From the IMG/VR virus record IMGVR_UViG_3300029705_006902, positions 1 to 64,000 of that record: DNA of 64,000 nt. The stretch is one strand, 5' to 3'. The position numbers and the translations under genes are program-made. This document shows, piece by piece, positions 46,630 through 56,618 of this stretch. How positions within the stretch are numbered: position 1 is the stretch's first letter; every line of letters begins with the position of its first letter. This DNA is from a virus (lineage: Duplodnaviria; Caudoviricetes). The notes beneath the pieces are model-generated. The model did no database searches and was not told the DNA's origin. It worked only from the letters and a program-made list of their open reading frames with translations.

Positions 46630-46634
46630 AAGGC

Positions 46635-46946
46635 TCACACCTTCCAATCTCTATCGAGTCGTAAAAGAAGATTTACTGTATTCCACACCTGGCTTGATGC
46701 CTGGGTGTTGTCCGCAAAGAAACCGCCCGTAGAGCCATCTCTACTTTCATAGAAATGGCTTACGAGCATAATTACCGCTTGTTCTGTAGTTGGAGGCATT
46801 TTGTTTTCCTTATAGAACCCCTCTTGAATATGTTGATAGCTTTCGGCGTAGGAAACCGCAGCCGTTATATATTGTAAGAGAAGTGCATCATCGGCTGAAT
46901 GCTCAAGTATAAGGTTTTGCTTAACTTTCGTTAATAAATGCTCCAT
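46635..46946 (-). CDS. Head-tail connector (gp6-like, 103 aa)
   Basis: LLTKVKQNLIL...DDALL..YITAA...QAVIMLVSHFYESR. Confidence 0.85.
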   Translation of the reverse strand: MEHLLTKVKQNLILEHSADDALLLQYITAAVSYAESYQHIQEGFYKENKMPPTTEQAVIMLVSHFYESRDGSTGGFFADNTQASSQVWNTVNLLLRLDRDWKV

Positions 46947-46961
46947 AGTAGGTCACCTTTA

Positions 46962-48158
46962 TCAAGCACCCATCTGAAGAACCTTAACAGCTTCGGGTAC
47001 GATAAGTCTCGCATCCACACGCTTGGTGGCAAGGAAACCTACCTGGCCTGTTGCTGCATAAAGCTCGTTGAGACGCTTGAATGTAACGCCCTGGCGGTCA
47101 CCAATCCAGTAATATGAAAGGTCACCGAATGCGATAGTCTTCGCGCTTGCTTCAATACCAGGAACGGAAACAGAAGTATAAACAGGCTTACCAAGGAGAG
47201 TATCGGGCTGACCTTCCTTGAGAGCTGCCTGCCAAATATACTGGCCGTTGTTATCCTTGAGCTTGCGAATTGCAGCGATGGTTGAATCGTTAAGAAGCCA
47301 TACAGCTTTCTTTCTGTAAGGCGCACGAAGTGAGTAATAAAGGTTGATGATTTCATCAGCTGTGATTTCAGTTGCGGATGCAGCTGTTACACCGACTTCA
47401 GCACCCTCTGCATCAGTAAAGAGACCGAGAGGCTTACCATTACCGTTACCGATAAGGAATGCTTCCTCTTCGGCACTGCTCATACGCTTGGTGAATTCAT
47501 CACGGAAATATCCTTCAAGGTCAAATGCAGAGTCATTAAGAAGCTCTTCGGAAACCTTAATAAGAGCTGTGAGCTTGTGAGCGCCGATTGACTTCTGACC
47601 GAATGTATCATCACTTTCGGGAATAGCACCTGCTTCTTCAACCCAAGAAGCAACGCCACGGGATGCAACAACAGGAATTCTGTGAACACCTGTTGAGGTT
47701 GTAAATGTGTGTGCAAGTTTACGGAAGATAAGATCATCGTGAAGAGCTGTGATGAGGTTCTTCTCAAAGGTTTCAGGAACAAGGAAACCGCCCTCGGTAT
47801 CCACACCTTCGCTCAAAGCGTTACGCACTTCAATAGAAGAACGGTCACGCATCTGATTCCAGAACGCATTCTTGTATGTATCGGAAGCTCTGCCGGTCTT
47901 GTCATCGGTTTTCTTTGCTTCGGGTTTTTCTGTGATGGGTGTGCTTGTAGGAGCACTAAGCTGACGCTCAAGAGCATCGGCTCTCTGCTGACGTTCGATT
48001 TCACGAGTAAGGTCAGCAATTTCCTTTTCCATCTTGTCGTAGGTTTCGGTATCTTCAGCTGAAAGAATACCCTTGTCGTTTCTGTGCGAATCAAGGAATG
48101 CTTTTGCATCTTCCCAGGCCTTTGCACGTGTTGTCATTAATTCGTTAATTTTACTCAT
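46962..48158 (-). CDS. Major capsid protein, HK97 fold (398 aa from MSKINEL)
   Basis: EGGFLVP, WVEE, ELLNDS, GNGNGKPLG, LLGKPV, FGDLSYY. Confidence 0.93.
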   Translation of the reverse strand: MSKINELMTTRAKAWEDAKAFLDSHRNDKGILSAEDTETYDKMEKEIADLTREIERQQRADALERQLSAPTSTPITEKPEAKKTDDKTGRASDTYKNAFWNQMRDRSSIEVRNALSEGVDTEGGFLVPETFEKNLITALHDDLIFRKLAHTFTTSTGVHRIPVVASRGVASWVEEAGAIPESDDTFGQKSIGAHKLTALIKVSEELLNDSAFDLEGYFRDEFTKRMSSAEEEAFLIGNGNGKPLGLFTDAEGAEVGVTAASATEITADEIINLYYSLRAPYRKKAVWLLNDSTIAAIRKLKDNNGQYIWQAALKEGQPDTLLGKPVYTSVSVPGIEASAKTIAFGDLSYYWIGDRQGVTFKRLNELYAATGQVGFLATKRVDARLIVPEAVKVLQMGA

Positions 48159-48174
48159 AGTAATTTTTCTCCCT

Positions 48175-48897
48175 TCAAGGTTTAATAAGTTCGAGTCTTT
48201 TAATAAGCTCGTCATAGGATGTACCGGGTTTAACCGGTTCTTTCGCTGCTTCGGTTTCTCTTTTTCGAGAGAGTCTTGACATCAGTGAATTTGTCACTGC
48301 TTTACGGCTGAAGGTGAAGCTATCTTCAACCTTGAGTGTTTCTTCATCTTCTGAATCCTTTTTGAAAAGCAAGTCATCGGCAAAACCGAGTTCGATTGCT
48401 TTCTTTGCATTCATCCAGGTTTCAGCATCCATGAAGTGGGACAGCTTTGCACGGGACAGACCCGTTTTGATTTCATAAGCGTTGATGATGCTTTCCTTTA
48501 CTTCAGCAAGCATATCCATAGCTTTCTTCATCTCATCGCTGTCTCCAATGGCTACGGTCAAGGGATTGTGAATCATCATAAGTGCTGTGGGTGACATCAG
48601 TACTTTCGTACCTGCCATAGCAATTACTGAAGCGGCGGATGCAGCAATACCGTCAATCTTCACGGTTACATTTCCCTTGTAATCCATAAGCATGTTATAA
48701 ATCTGTGCGGCAGCAACGCAGTCACCACCGGGTGAGTTAATCCAAACAACAATGTCACCCTGACCGGCTTCCAACTCAGCTCTGAACGCCTTGGGGGTGA
48801 CATCGTCGTCGAACCAACTTTCATCTGCGATAGAACCGCAAAGGTAAAGGGTGCGAGTTCCATCGTTTTCTGTTTTGAAATTCCAGAATTTATTCAT
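48175..48897 (-). CDS. ClpP-type prohead maturation protease (240 aa)
   Basis: INSPGGD, AASAASVI, MIHNP, ETWMNA. Confidence 0.93.
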   Translation of the reverse strand: MNKFWNFKTENDGTRTLYLCGSIADESWFDDDVTPKAFRAELEAGQGDIVVWINSPGGDCVAAAQIYNMLMDYKGNVTVKIDGIAASAASVIAMAGTKVLMSPTALMMIHNPLTVAIGDSDEMKKAMDMLAEVKESIINAYEIKTGLSRAKLSHFMDAETWMNAKKAIELGFADDLLFKKDSEDEETLKVEDSFTFSRKAVTNSLMSRLSRKRETEAAKEPVKPGTSYDELIKRLELIKP

Positions 48898-50155
48898 CTG
48901 TGGGTTCTTCCTCCTTTTCAGGTATTTGTCCCGCGAATATTCCGGCGTCGGACATTTTACACATGTTGCCGTTTATAAGGTAAAGGTCGCCACCTTCATC
49001 CGCAGGGATTCTGTTAAGATTTTCAAGTTCCCTGATGTCATTAGCGGAAAGCCAACCGTTCTGTCTGCCGATTGCATAGCCGGACATACGGCTTGCATAG
49101 TCGCCACGCAGAAGACCATCTACATTAAACTTGAAGAAAAGCTCACCTTTTTCTTTTTCGTTTAACAGCACACGGAACAAGGCTTGCTCCCAACGAATCA
49201 ACCAGGGTTGCAAGGTATAGGTCACGAATTCCAAACTCTGCTGCTCGATGTTTGAAAAGCTTGACTTTTCGAGGTCTCCAACCATATGGGGAGGGACTCG
49301 GAATATGCGAGCAATTTCATTAATTTGAAATTTCCTCGTTTCAAGAAACTGTGCCTGTTCAGGTGAAATACCTATAGGAGTGTATTTCATACCTTCTTCA
49401 AGCACGGCTATCTTGTTAGCATTATGGCTACCACCGAAAGTGGACTGCCAACTTTCACGCACTCGCTGTGGGTCCTTAATTGTTCCGGGGTGTTCAAGCA
49501 CCCCACCGGGGGCAGCACCGTTAGCAAAGAACTTAGCTCCGTATTCCTCGCAGGCTATTGCCATACCAATTGCGTTTTTTGCCATAGCGATAGGGCTATA
49601 ACCGACAAGACCATCGAATCCAAGTCCGGGAATATGCAGAACATCGGAAGGTGTCAAATATACATTTGAACCCTCCATGGTGTTTGCCTCTTCCTTTGAG
49701 TGCGAATAGGTGTAGTAAAGCTGACCTTTATCATCACGGTCAACTGTCATTTTGTTTGGCATTAAGGGATACAAGGCAATAACCTCGCCCTTGCCATTTC
49801 TTATTATCTGTGCATAAGCATTACCCCAAAGGAGCAAGTGTGTCATCAGGGTTTCTCTGAAAACGAATGAGCTCATTTCAGGGTTCGGTTCATCGTGAAG
49901 AAGTCTGTAAAGCGGATGGTCGATGGCTTTATCCTTACTACCACTCTCACCGTAACGATAAAGATGCAACGGCAAACCCGCCAAGGCTTCAGCGAGGATT
50001 CGAACACAAGAGTACACAGCCGTCATCTGCATAGCTGAACGCTCTGTTACAGATTTTCCCGATGTACTGTTTCCGAAGAAGAAACTGTATCCACTACCCG
50101 CTGTACTGTTCGAAGGCTTATCTCTGGAACGAAACAAGCCTGAAAAGATGTTCAT
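48890..50155 (-). CDS. Portal protein, HK97 family (421 aa from MNIFSG)
   Basis: AVYSCVRILAE, LLLWGNAY, DVLHIPG...GYSPI, IARIFRVPPH. Confidence 0.95.
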   Translation of the reverse strand: MNIFSGLFRSRDKPSNSTAGSGYSFFFGNSTSGKSVTERSAMQMTAVYSCVRILAEALAGLPLHLYRYGESGSKDKAIDHPLYRLLHDEPNPEMSSFVFRETLMTHLLLWGNAYAQIIRNGKGEVIALYPLMPNKMTVDRDDKGQLYYTYSHSKEEANTMEGSNVYLTPSDVLHIPGLGFDGLVGYSPIAMAKNAIGMAIACEEYGAKFFANGAAPGGVLEHPGTIKDPQRVRESWQSTFGGSHNANKIAVLEEGMKYTPIGISPEQAQFLETRKFQINEIARIFRVPPHMVGDLEKSSFSNIEQQSLEFVTYTLQPWLIRWEQALFRVLLNEKEKGELFFKFNVDGLLRGDYASRMSGYAIGRQNGWLSANDIRELENLNRIPADEGGDLYLINGNMCKMSDAGIFAGQIPEKEEEPTDE

Positions 50156-50319
50156 AAAATCAACTCCTGTTTGTAAATTTTGGTATATAAAAAGCACCTA
50201 CCTAAAAAACGATAGATGCCTTTTATGCTATTCCGAGGATTTCCAACAGCTTAATAATCTGCACAAGGAAAGCTGTGATGTACAGCCCAGGCAGTACTAA
50301 AAGTCCGTGAATCATATGA

Positions 50320-51102
50320 CTACTCCTTTCCATTAAAATCATCAAGCCTTTTCCTTAATTCAGAAAAGAACACTTTTCCTTTAATTGGCAATCCCTGGGC
50401 AGTTCTTTCTTCTTCAAAACTGAAGCGTATTTCAAGTTCTTCTGCCGAGTAGTTCTTTAAGAACTTACGCCAAGTGTGCTTATCCATATATCTCAACTTT
50501 TCCCATAGTTCGGGAAAGTGAGTGCGAAGTTTGCGTAATTCATCAAAAGACTGAAGAGGACAGCACCAACAGGATACGCGATGGAAGATATCATAAAGAC
50601 CTTCCCAATCGAAACCTCTCTCTTTGCAGTATTGAAGGCAGTCCTTTTCGGTCATACCCCAATCAATGAGGGGGTAATTAAACTCGTGTACTCTCTGAGG
50701 CTCATCTGCTGCAATGCCGATGTACTGCTCGATTTCATAATCTTTAGAAAGACCACGGAGATAGTGATTTATTACCCTTGTTTTCAAGGTTGCCGTACAC
50801 CAACGATTCCTCGGCCCCGCCCAACTGAATCCTTTTCTACCTTGAAGTTCGGGGTTTCTTCGTTTAGGTTCGTGTTCAAAGAAAAGGTATTCAAAGCTGT
50901 CTTTTCCTTTTAGTCTTGTTATAGGTCTGTCAATGTACTTTTCAAGTTTATCAATGTGTCTGTACATCGCATCAAACTCAAGCCCGGTATCGCAGAACAA
51001 AATAATATCCACGGGCATCCCTTCTTCAAGCATTCGAAGAAGCATAGCCGTGGAGTCTTTGCCACCGGACAGCGATACAATATGTAATTTTGGTTTACTC
51101 AA
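50320..51102 (-). CDS. Phosphoadenosine phosphosulfate reductase family protein (260 aa)
   Basis: SLSGGKDS PP-loop, DTGLEF, RWCT..LK, GIAADE, RVSCWCCP Cys cluster. Confidence 0.85.
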   Translation of the reverse strand: MSKPKLHIVSLSGGKDSTAMLLRMLEEGMPVDIILFCDTGLEFDAMYRHIDKLEKYIDRPITRLKGKDSFEYLFFEHEPKRRNPELQGRKGFSWAGPRNRWCTATLKTRVINHYLRGLSKDYEIEQYIGIAADEPQRVHEFNYPLIDWGMTEKDCLQYCKERGFDWEGLYDIFHRVSCWCCPLQSFDELRKLRTHFPELWEKLRYMDKHTWRKFLKNYSAEELEIRFSFEEERTAQGLPIKGKVFFSELRKRLDDFNGKE

Positions 51103-51114
51103 TGTAAGACCTCC

Positions 51115-52716
51115 TTATATAAATAGAATACCTCGGTCGTCATAAACCGAAGCACCAGATTCTCCACCACAGCGGATTGCTCGGTCAAGTGCCATTATGA
51201 GGGCAACGGCACCGTCAATCTTCTCTGTAGATTTTTCCTTGTCAGGCTTGATATTTCCCGCCGGATCTGTTCGTATAAAAATGTTATCCATCATCCATCG
51301 GAGAACCGGGTGTCCGCTGTGTGCCATTTTTTCTTCAAGGGTAAGCTTCATCAATTCTTTTGTCGGAGGACTCATGTCCTTAAACCCTTGCCCGAAAGGT
51401 ACAACAGTGAATCCCATACCCTCAAGGTTCTGAACCATTTGCACCGCACCCCAGCGGTCAAATGCTATTTCTTTTATGTTATATTTCTTACCGAGTTCTT
51501 CTATGAAGTTCTCGATGAAGCCATAGTGAACAACATTTCCTTCGGTAGTCTTAAGATAACCTTGGCGTTCCCATACATCATACGGTACATGGTCTCTTCG
51601 AACACGAAGGTCAAGGTTGTCTTCCGGTATCCAAAAGAACGGCAGTACAGAGTATTTATCATCTTCATCTTCTGGTGGGAAGACAAGAACAAAGGCAGTG
51701 ATATCTGTAGTGGATGAAAGGTCAAGACCACCATAACATACACGCCCTTCAAGTGAATCGGGGTTTGTAGGGAACGAGCATTTATCCCATTTGTCCATTG
51801 GCATCCATCGTACTGCTTGTTTTACCCATTGATTTAAGCGAAGCTGTCTAAAACTGTTCTCCTCGGCAGGGTTTTGTTTTGCCGATTCACAGGCTGCCTC
51901 TACTTTATCAATGCCTACTGTTATGCCGAGTGAAGGGTTCGCTTTTGCCCACACCTTCGGGTCAGTCCAATCATCGTTCTCATCTGCTCCATATATAACA
52001 GGATAGAATGTAGGGTCGATTTTTCTACCTTCCATTATGTCTTTAGCTTTTTGGTGAGTTTCATAACAAATACTGTTAGTGTCTGTTCCTGCTGTAGTAA
52101 TCAGAAAGTATAATGGTTGCATACGAGCATCACCGGAACCCTTTGTCATGACATCAAAGAGTTTTCTGTTTGGCTGTGTATGAAGCTCATCAAACAGCAC
52201 TCCGTGGATGTTGAAGCCGTGCTTTGAATAGGCTTCGGCTGAAAGAACCTGGTAGAAACTGTTTGTAGGTTCGTATACAATTCTTTTCTGCGACGCAAGT
52301 ATTTTTACTCGTTTATTCAGAGCCGGACACATTCTTACCATATCAGCTGCAACCTCAAAAACGATTGACGCCTGCTGTCGGTCAGCCGCACAACCATAGA
52401 CCTCGGCTCGTTCTTCACCATCACCGCAAGTGAGCAAAAGAGCAATGGCGGCTGCAAGTTCCGATTTGCCCATTTTCTTTGGTATTTCTACATATGCATA
52501 ATTGAACTGTCTATACCCGTTAGGTTTCATTGTACCGAAAAGGTCTCGGATAATCTGTTCTTGCCAATCAATTAACTCGAAAGGCTTACCCGCCCAGGAA
52601 CCTTTTGTATGGCAAAGGCACTGCACAAAGTCAACAGCATAATCAGCAGCATCTTTATCGTAGTAAGAGTCTTTTGACATAAACTTTGTCGGTTTATATT
52701 TTTTCAGCTTTCTCAC
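51115..52716 (-). CDS. terL: Terminase large subunit (533 aa)
   Basis: Walker A PKKMGKS, LFDELH, GLDLSST, KIDGAVA. Confidence 0.96.
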   Translation of the reverse strand: MRKLKKYKPTKFMSKDSYYDKDAADYAVDFVQCLCHTKGSWAGKPFELIDWQEQIIRDLFGTMKPNGYRQFNYAYVEIPKKMGKSELAAAIALLLTCGDGEERAEVYGCAADRQQASIVFEVAADMVRMCPALNKRVKILASQKRIVYEPTNSFYQVLSAEAYSKHGFNIHGVLFDELHTQPNRKLFDVMTKGSGDARMQPLYFLITTAGTDTNSICYETHQKAKDIMEGRKIDPTFYPVIYGADENDDWTDPKVWAKANPSLGITVGIDKVEAACESAKQNPAEENSFRQLRLNQWVKQAVRWMPMDKWDKCSFPTNPDSLEGRVCYGGLDLSSTTDITAFVLVFPPEDEDDKYSVLPFFWIPEDNLDLRVRRDHVPYDVWERQGYLKTTEGNVVHYGFIENFIEELGKKYNIKEIAFDRWGAVQMVQNLEGMGFTVVPFGQGFKDMSPPTKELMKLTLEEKMAHSGHPVLRWMMDNIFIRTDPAGNIKPDKEKSTEKIDGAVALIMALDRAIRCGGESGASVYDDRGILFI

Positions 52717-52740
52717 GCTGTTACCTCCTTTATGAGTAAT

Positions 52741-52762
52741 AAAAAAACAGCCCTGTAGGCTG
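52741..52762 (-). terminator. Intrinsic terminator between the small-gene array and terL
   Basis: CAGCC/GGCTG stem with a long U-tract on the minus strand. Confidence 0.55.
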
Positions 52763-52811
52763 CTACGAGAGAAAGAGCCGAACGGCTCCTTCAGTTATAT
52801 GTGATTAAAAC

Positions 52812-53081
52812 TTACTTGCTAAAATAATGGGTTGAGGAATAACAGTCTGAACCATCCTCTTCGTTGACCACTTCATCAACAAGGTTGAGGTTGAAGTTAT
52901 TCTTAATTAGCACATTAAGAAATGCGTGGTCGTGCTTCCAATCACCCCAGGAAATGTCAATTGCTATCGTTCCATCCGCTGTAAGTTCGACATTGTAATA
53001 TCTTCCGTTTTCTTCGAGCTTGTTGCCGATGTCTCTTATAAGCTTCATCTTATCTTTTCTTGTCATTGCTTTTCCCTCCAT
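52812..53081 (-). CDS. Small hypothetical protein (up to 89 aa)
   Basis: RBS GGAGGG; acidic C-terminus. Confidence 0.7.
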   Translation of the reverse strand: MEGKAMTRKDKMKLIRDIGNKLEENGRYYNVELTADGTIAIDISWGDWKHDHAFLNVLIKNNFNLNLVDEVVNEEDGSDCYSSTHYFSK

Positions 53082-53084
53082 TTC

Positions 53085-53351
53085 TTATTTTGCCATTTGC
53101 TGAATGCACCAGGCAATTGCGTGTCCGTTGTCTTCAAACGAAACTTCAGAGGTTTTTATAAGGGAAATTCTGCATTCGCAATCTGCAAGTCCGGTTTCTT
53201 CAGGGGTTTCAATGAACTCCCAAATCTCTGCGATAAATCCGCCTCTCCAATTTACATCTGTTACGAAAACCTTGTCTCCGTACTGTAAAACGGCTCCGTA
53301 GCTTGCTGAAACATTGCACTGTAATTTTTCCATTGTTGTAAAGCCTGCCAT
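53085..53351 (-). CDS. Small acidic hypothetical protein (88 aa)
   Basis: RBS GGAGGA. Confidence 0.75.
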   Translation of the reverse strand: MAGFTTMEKLQCNVSASYGAVLQYGDKVFVTDVNWRGGFIAEIWEFIETPEETGLADCECRISLIKTSEVSFEDNGHAIAWCIQQMAK

Positions 53352-53364
53352 TGTTTTGTCCTCC

Positions 53365-53571
53365 TTAATCGTTGATTACCACTGCTTTGTAGTATCCGAA
53401 AGCGTCTCTTGCAATTCCGTAGTTGCATTCAACCCCGTACTTGCGGTCAAAGGCTTTTGCTTTCTTCGCAAGGTTTGTAGCTGCGTTTCTGCTTTCTTCT
53501 CTTGTCATTCCTTCGAAGCGGTATTCTCCGGTCTTCTGAAGGGTGCGAATCTGTTCGTTAAGGTTTGTCAT
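53365..53571 (-). CDS. Small hypothetical protein (68 aa)
   Basis: First gene after repeat promoter A; RBS GGAGGA. Confidence 0.75.
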   Translation of the reverse strand: MTNLNEQIRTLQKTGEYRFEGMTREESRNAATNLAKKAKAFDRKYGVECNYGIARDAFGYYKAVVIND

Positions 53572-53624
53572 TGTTGTGTCCTCCGTTCTTTATTGTGTAC
53601 TCATATTAACTCTAAAAGCACATA

Positions 53625-53658
53625 ATATCCAGTCATTTCGGAGATATATATTACACAA
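53625..53658 (-). repeat. Repeated promoter/operator unit, copy A
   Basis: 34-bp ATATCCAGTCATTTCGGAGATATATATTACACAA identical at 54694 and 56547; TGGATA-17-TAATAT. Confidence 0.85.
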
Positions 53659-53725
53659 ACATTAGGCTTAAATACTGTGTATATTTGTACGAGAGAAAGA
53701 GCCTATAAAAGACTCCTTCCTGTTA

Positions 53726-54157
53726 TTATTTTATGCCGTTGTCGAACCTTTCTTTAAGGTAGCAATAGCAATAGATGTTATATTCGCCTTTGTTCGGATT
53801 CAAGCGAAAGAGGTATGTGTGTTTCTCTGTATCCGCTCTGAACCCGTAATGGTTTCTGTCATCGTTAAAAGCACTGTTCGGGTTCGCATTACAGTATGCT
53901 TTAAGACGCTCTCTGCAAAAGAGCACTTTTCCGTATTCGGCTGCGAAACGAAGGGTGTTTATAACAATGTCGAATTCCTGGGTAAAGGCAGCCGTTTTAA
54001 ATTCGGTCATCAATTCATTCCAGGTTGAATAAAACTCTTTCCCGGTACTGCCGAAATCGGCTCGTAGGTAACCGATGCAACCGAGTTCTTCATACCCGTT
54101 GGGGGATTGCTTAAAAGTATAAGGCCTTTCAATTGCTGTTAATGCTCTGAATGTCAT
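53726..54157 (-). CDS. Hypothetical protein (143 aa)
   Basis: LGCIGYLRADFG...; RBS GGAGGGG. Confidence 0.75.
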   Translation of the reverse strand: MTFRALTAIERPYTFKQSPNGYEELGCIGYLRADFGSTGKEFYSTWNELMTEFKTAAFTQEFDIVINTLRFAAEYGKVLFCRERLKAYCNANPNSAFNDDRNHYGFRADTEKHTYLFRLNPNKGEYNIYCYCYLKERFDNGIK

Positions 54158-54171
54158 TTTCTTGCCCCTCC

Positions 54172-54462
54172 TTAACCTTCTACAATCTTGTATCCGTTGT
54201 ATTTGAAATTCTTAACCATCTCAATGGCTGTTTGAAGAGCTATAACAAAGTCCTCTGTTTGCTCAATAGTTTTTGTTCCGCAAGCTGACCAGTTGAGTCC
54301 GAGCTGAATGGTTGCATTAGGGTCTCCCCAGGTGGGCAACTCGTATGCTTCGATTCTGTCATCGGAAAGGCGCCTGATTTCCTTTGTAAGGGCTCTGTAT
54401 TCGTTTCTGAATTCTTCGTAAGCAACTGTCTTTACCATTTTAAAAGCCTCCTTAACGCTCAA
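54172..54462 (-). CDS. Small hypothetical protein (up to 96 aa)
   Basis: RBS GGAGG before MVKTV. Confidence 0.7.
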   Translation of the reverse strand: MSVKEAFKMVKTVAYEEFRNEYRALTKEIRRLSDDRIEAYELPTWGDPNATIQLGLNWSACGTKTIEQTEDFVIALQTAIEMVKNFKYNGYKIVEG

Positions 54463-54640
54463 TTCTGAAAAGGAAATCGCCGTCGTTGGAAACTGCGAAA
54501 TCGGTTACAATGCAATCATCAAATGTGTCGGGGATAGACTTCATCGAGCCTTCGAAGTAAGTCTTGTCCAGGCTTGTGTTTGCAAGGGTTACTGTTGCGT
54601 TTCGGTTAATCAGTTCGTAAAATTTGTAAAGCTTAATCAT
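54452..54640 (-). CDS. Small hypothetical protein (62 aa)
   Basis: First gene after repeat promoter B. Confidence 0.7.
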   Translation of the reverse strand: MIKLYKFYELINRNATVTLANTSLDKTYFEGSMKSIPDTFDDCIVTDFAVSNDGDFLFRIER

Positions 54641-54687
54641 TGGAATGTTCTCCGTTCTTTATTGTGTACCCATATTAACTCTAAAAG

Positions 54688-54756
54688 CCTGATATATCCA
54701 GTCATTTCGGAGATATATATTACACAATCATTTGCACAGAAAACTGTGTATTTTAT
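54688..54756 (-). repeat. Repeated promoter/operator unit, copy B
   Basis: 69 bp identical to 56541-56609. Confidence 0.88.
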
Positions 54757-54962
54757 TGCACCATTTCCGCTGTGTGCTTATGGATGACATCAAGGATTTT
54801 GTCCTGTTCGGAAACGGGTAGACCGAGAGTTTCAAGAGACTCACGGATTCCGCAATCAGGGCATATCATAGTTTCGTTGTCTGTTCTTGAAAGAGCAGGA
54901 ACACCGTTATATTCTTTTCCGCATTTGGGGCATATACCCCTGCGTGTATTATTGGTTTTCAT
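54753..54962 (-). CDS. Small zinc-ribbon protein (69 aa from MKTNN)
   Basis: CPKCG...CPDCG; RBS GGAGG. Confidence 0.75.
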   Translation of the reverse strand: MKTNNTRRGICPKCGKEYNGVPALSRTDNETMICPDCGIRESLETLGLPVSEQDKILDVIHKHTAEMVQ

Positions 54963-55425
54963 AGTGAACCTCCTTATAACTTTCAGCATAGGCTTTCATA
55001 AGATAAAGCTGTTCGAACCTGAAATTTCTGTAACCCTCACTGCAAACGGAAATGTATCCGGTGGAGGGTAAACCCAAAGGTCGGTCTTCGTGCATAATGT
55101 AAATGAAACAATCACGCTCTCTGACCTTGTCGGTTATAATACCTTTGATTTTCAAGCGGAGTTCCTTTTTATAATAGAAGTCCGGATAGCCTTCATATCG
55201 GTCGAGTCTTAACTCATCCCTTTCATCGACTTCCCAAACCCCCAAAGGTACTCTCGAACCCTTTTTCGGTTCGACTGTAAGGTAAGAACCTGTCTTACTG
55301 CCTTTGAAAAGCAATTGATAATCTTCAAGCCAGGCCGTGCCTATGACTTTTGCATTGGGGCAGCGGTAACGCATTTGAGCAACATTCAGGTTGCTACCAT
55401 AAGCTACATAGTATCGTTTGTTCAT
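54949..55425 (-). CDS. Gamma-glutamylcyclotransferase/AIG2-like protein (158 aa)
   Basis: YYVAYGSNL, LDRYEG.P..Y. Confidence 0.9.
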   Translation of the reverse strand: MNKRYYVAYGSNLNVAQMRYRCPNAKVIGTAWLEDYQLLFKGSKTGSYLTVEPKKGSRVPLGVWEVDERDELRLDRYEGYPDFYYKKELRLKIKGIITDKVRERDCFIYIMHEDRPLGLPSTGYISVCSEGYRNFRFEQLYLMKAYAESYKEVHYENQ

Positions 55426-55540
55426 TTTTTATCATCCTTTCCGAAAGGGTATCCCTTTCACCACCATAAGGACGGTCAAGCCGTCCGAGGTGTTTATAGG
55501 GTCTGTCCCTTCGGTCAATTTTTGGTTAACCGCTGTTCCT

Positions 55541-56491
55541 TCAAGCTGCGTCTCTTCCGTTACGGAAGGCTGCATCTCCTGTAAGGTTTTTTGTAAGGAA
55601 ATCTCTTGCTGTTTCAAACTCCTCACCGATGAAACCCAAGCGGAGTAACCAGGTTCTCATTGCGTATTTTGGGTTTTCGTTCTGCTGTGGTTTCGAACTT
55701 GCTGTTCTTACTTCCTTTGCCATTTGACTGAGGGCAAGGCAAAGCTGAATGTAACTTTTAAGCTGTCCTGCGTGGATGCCGTTTCTTCTTTCGGCAGTCG
55801 GTGCATCGAATTGGAAAAGCCTGAACTCAACTGTACCCTTTGTGAAGGTTGCGTGGAGGTTAAGCATATGGTATCTGCTGTCGTTGTAGTGTCCGCTTCT
55901 GTTCCAAGAAGCTCCTTGTGTACCGTACCAAATGTCTGCAAGGTCGGACATTGTTTTCGGCTTCTTTTGGTTGAGTTTTGAAAGAAATCTTGCATCAACT
56001 GTTCGACAGTATCTTTCCATTCTGTAGCTGTCCAGTTTAAGGGATTGTGCAAGAAGGTCTTCGTGGCTTGCCATGATGTTTGCCAGGTTGCGAAGTGTCT
56101 GCGGTGTGTGGCCTTTTGCTCCGATGTGAATGTGAACTCCGCATCCTCTTGTTGCATCGCTCTTTGCTCCGGCTTTGCGAAGCTTTCTGCAAAGTTCCTG
56201 TAAAAGTTCAATGTCCGTGTATTTAAGAATCGGTGTAACAAGTTCGCATTTTTGTTCGTCGGGTCCGTTGATGCTGACATCCTTTGAGAATTTCCATTCT
56301 CTGCCTTCGCTATCCCAAGCTGACCAGGTTTCGTAGCCGTTTCGTGAGGCTGTGTATTCGTAGCGGTCTGTGCCGAAAAGCTCGGCTGCAAGGCGGGCTG
56401 CATTCTTTCTGGTGATGTTGTTCATTTCAACCTCAACCCCTATGGTCTGCTTCTTCATTTCCTCAATCTGTCTTTGTGTTTTTGTATTCAT
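55541..56491 (-). CDS. Phage amidoligase (COOH-NH2 ligase, Amidoligase_2; 316 aa)
   Basis: IGVEVEM, W....D.SI, ELVTP, CGVHIHIG, RYHMLN, TVEFR. Confidence 0.9.
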   Translation of the reverse strand: MNTKTQRQIEEMKKQTIGVEVEMNNITRKNAARLAAELFGTDRYEYTASRNGYETWSAWDSEGREWKFSKDVSINGPDEQKCELVTPILKYTDIELLQELCRKLRKAGAKSDATRGCGVHIHIGAKGHTPQTLRNLANIMASHEDLLAQSLKLDSYRMERYCRTVDARFLSKLNQKKPKTMSDLADIWYGTQGASWNRSGHYNDSRYHMLNLHATFTKGTVEFRLFQFDAPTAERRNGIHAGQLKSYIQLCLALSQMAKEVRTASSKPQQNENPKYAMRTWLLRLGFIGEEFETARDFLTKNLTGDAAFRNGRDAA

Positions 56492-56540
56492 TTTTGTGTC
56501 CTCCGTGTTTCTTAATGTGTCTGTATATTACCGTCAATTC

Positions 56541-56609
56541 CCTGATATATCCAGTCATTTCGGAGATATATATTACACAATCATTTGCACAGAAAACTGT
56601 GTATTTTAT
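56541..56609 (-). repeat. Repeated promoter/operator unit, copy C
   Basis: 69 bp identical to copy B. Confidence 0.88.
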
Positions 56610-56618
56610 GGTGGATTT

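Noticed and set aside
55708-56403. 231-aa alternative-frame ORF within the amidoligase
   Set aside because: No RBS or recognisable motif, and low-complexity composition typical of a shadow frame, unlike the nested MTase beta ORF.
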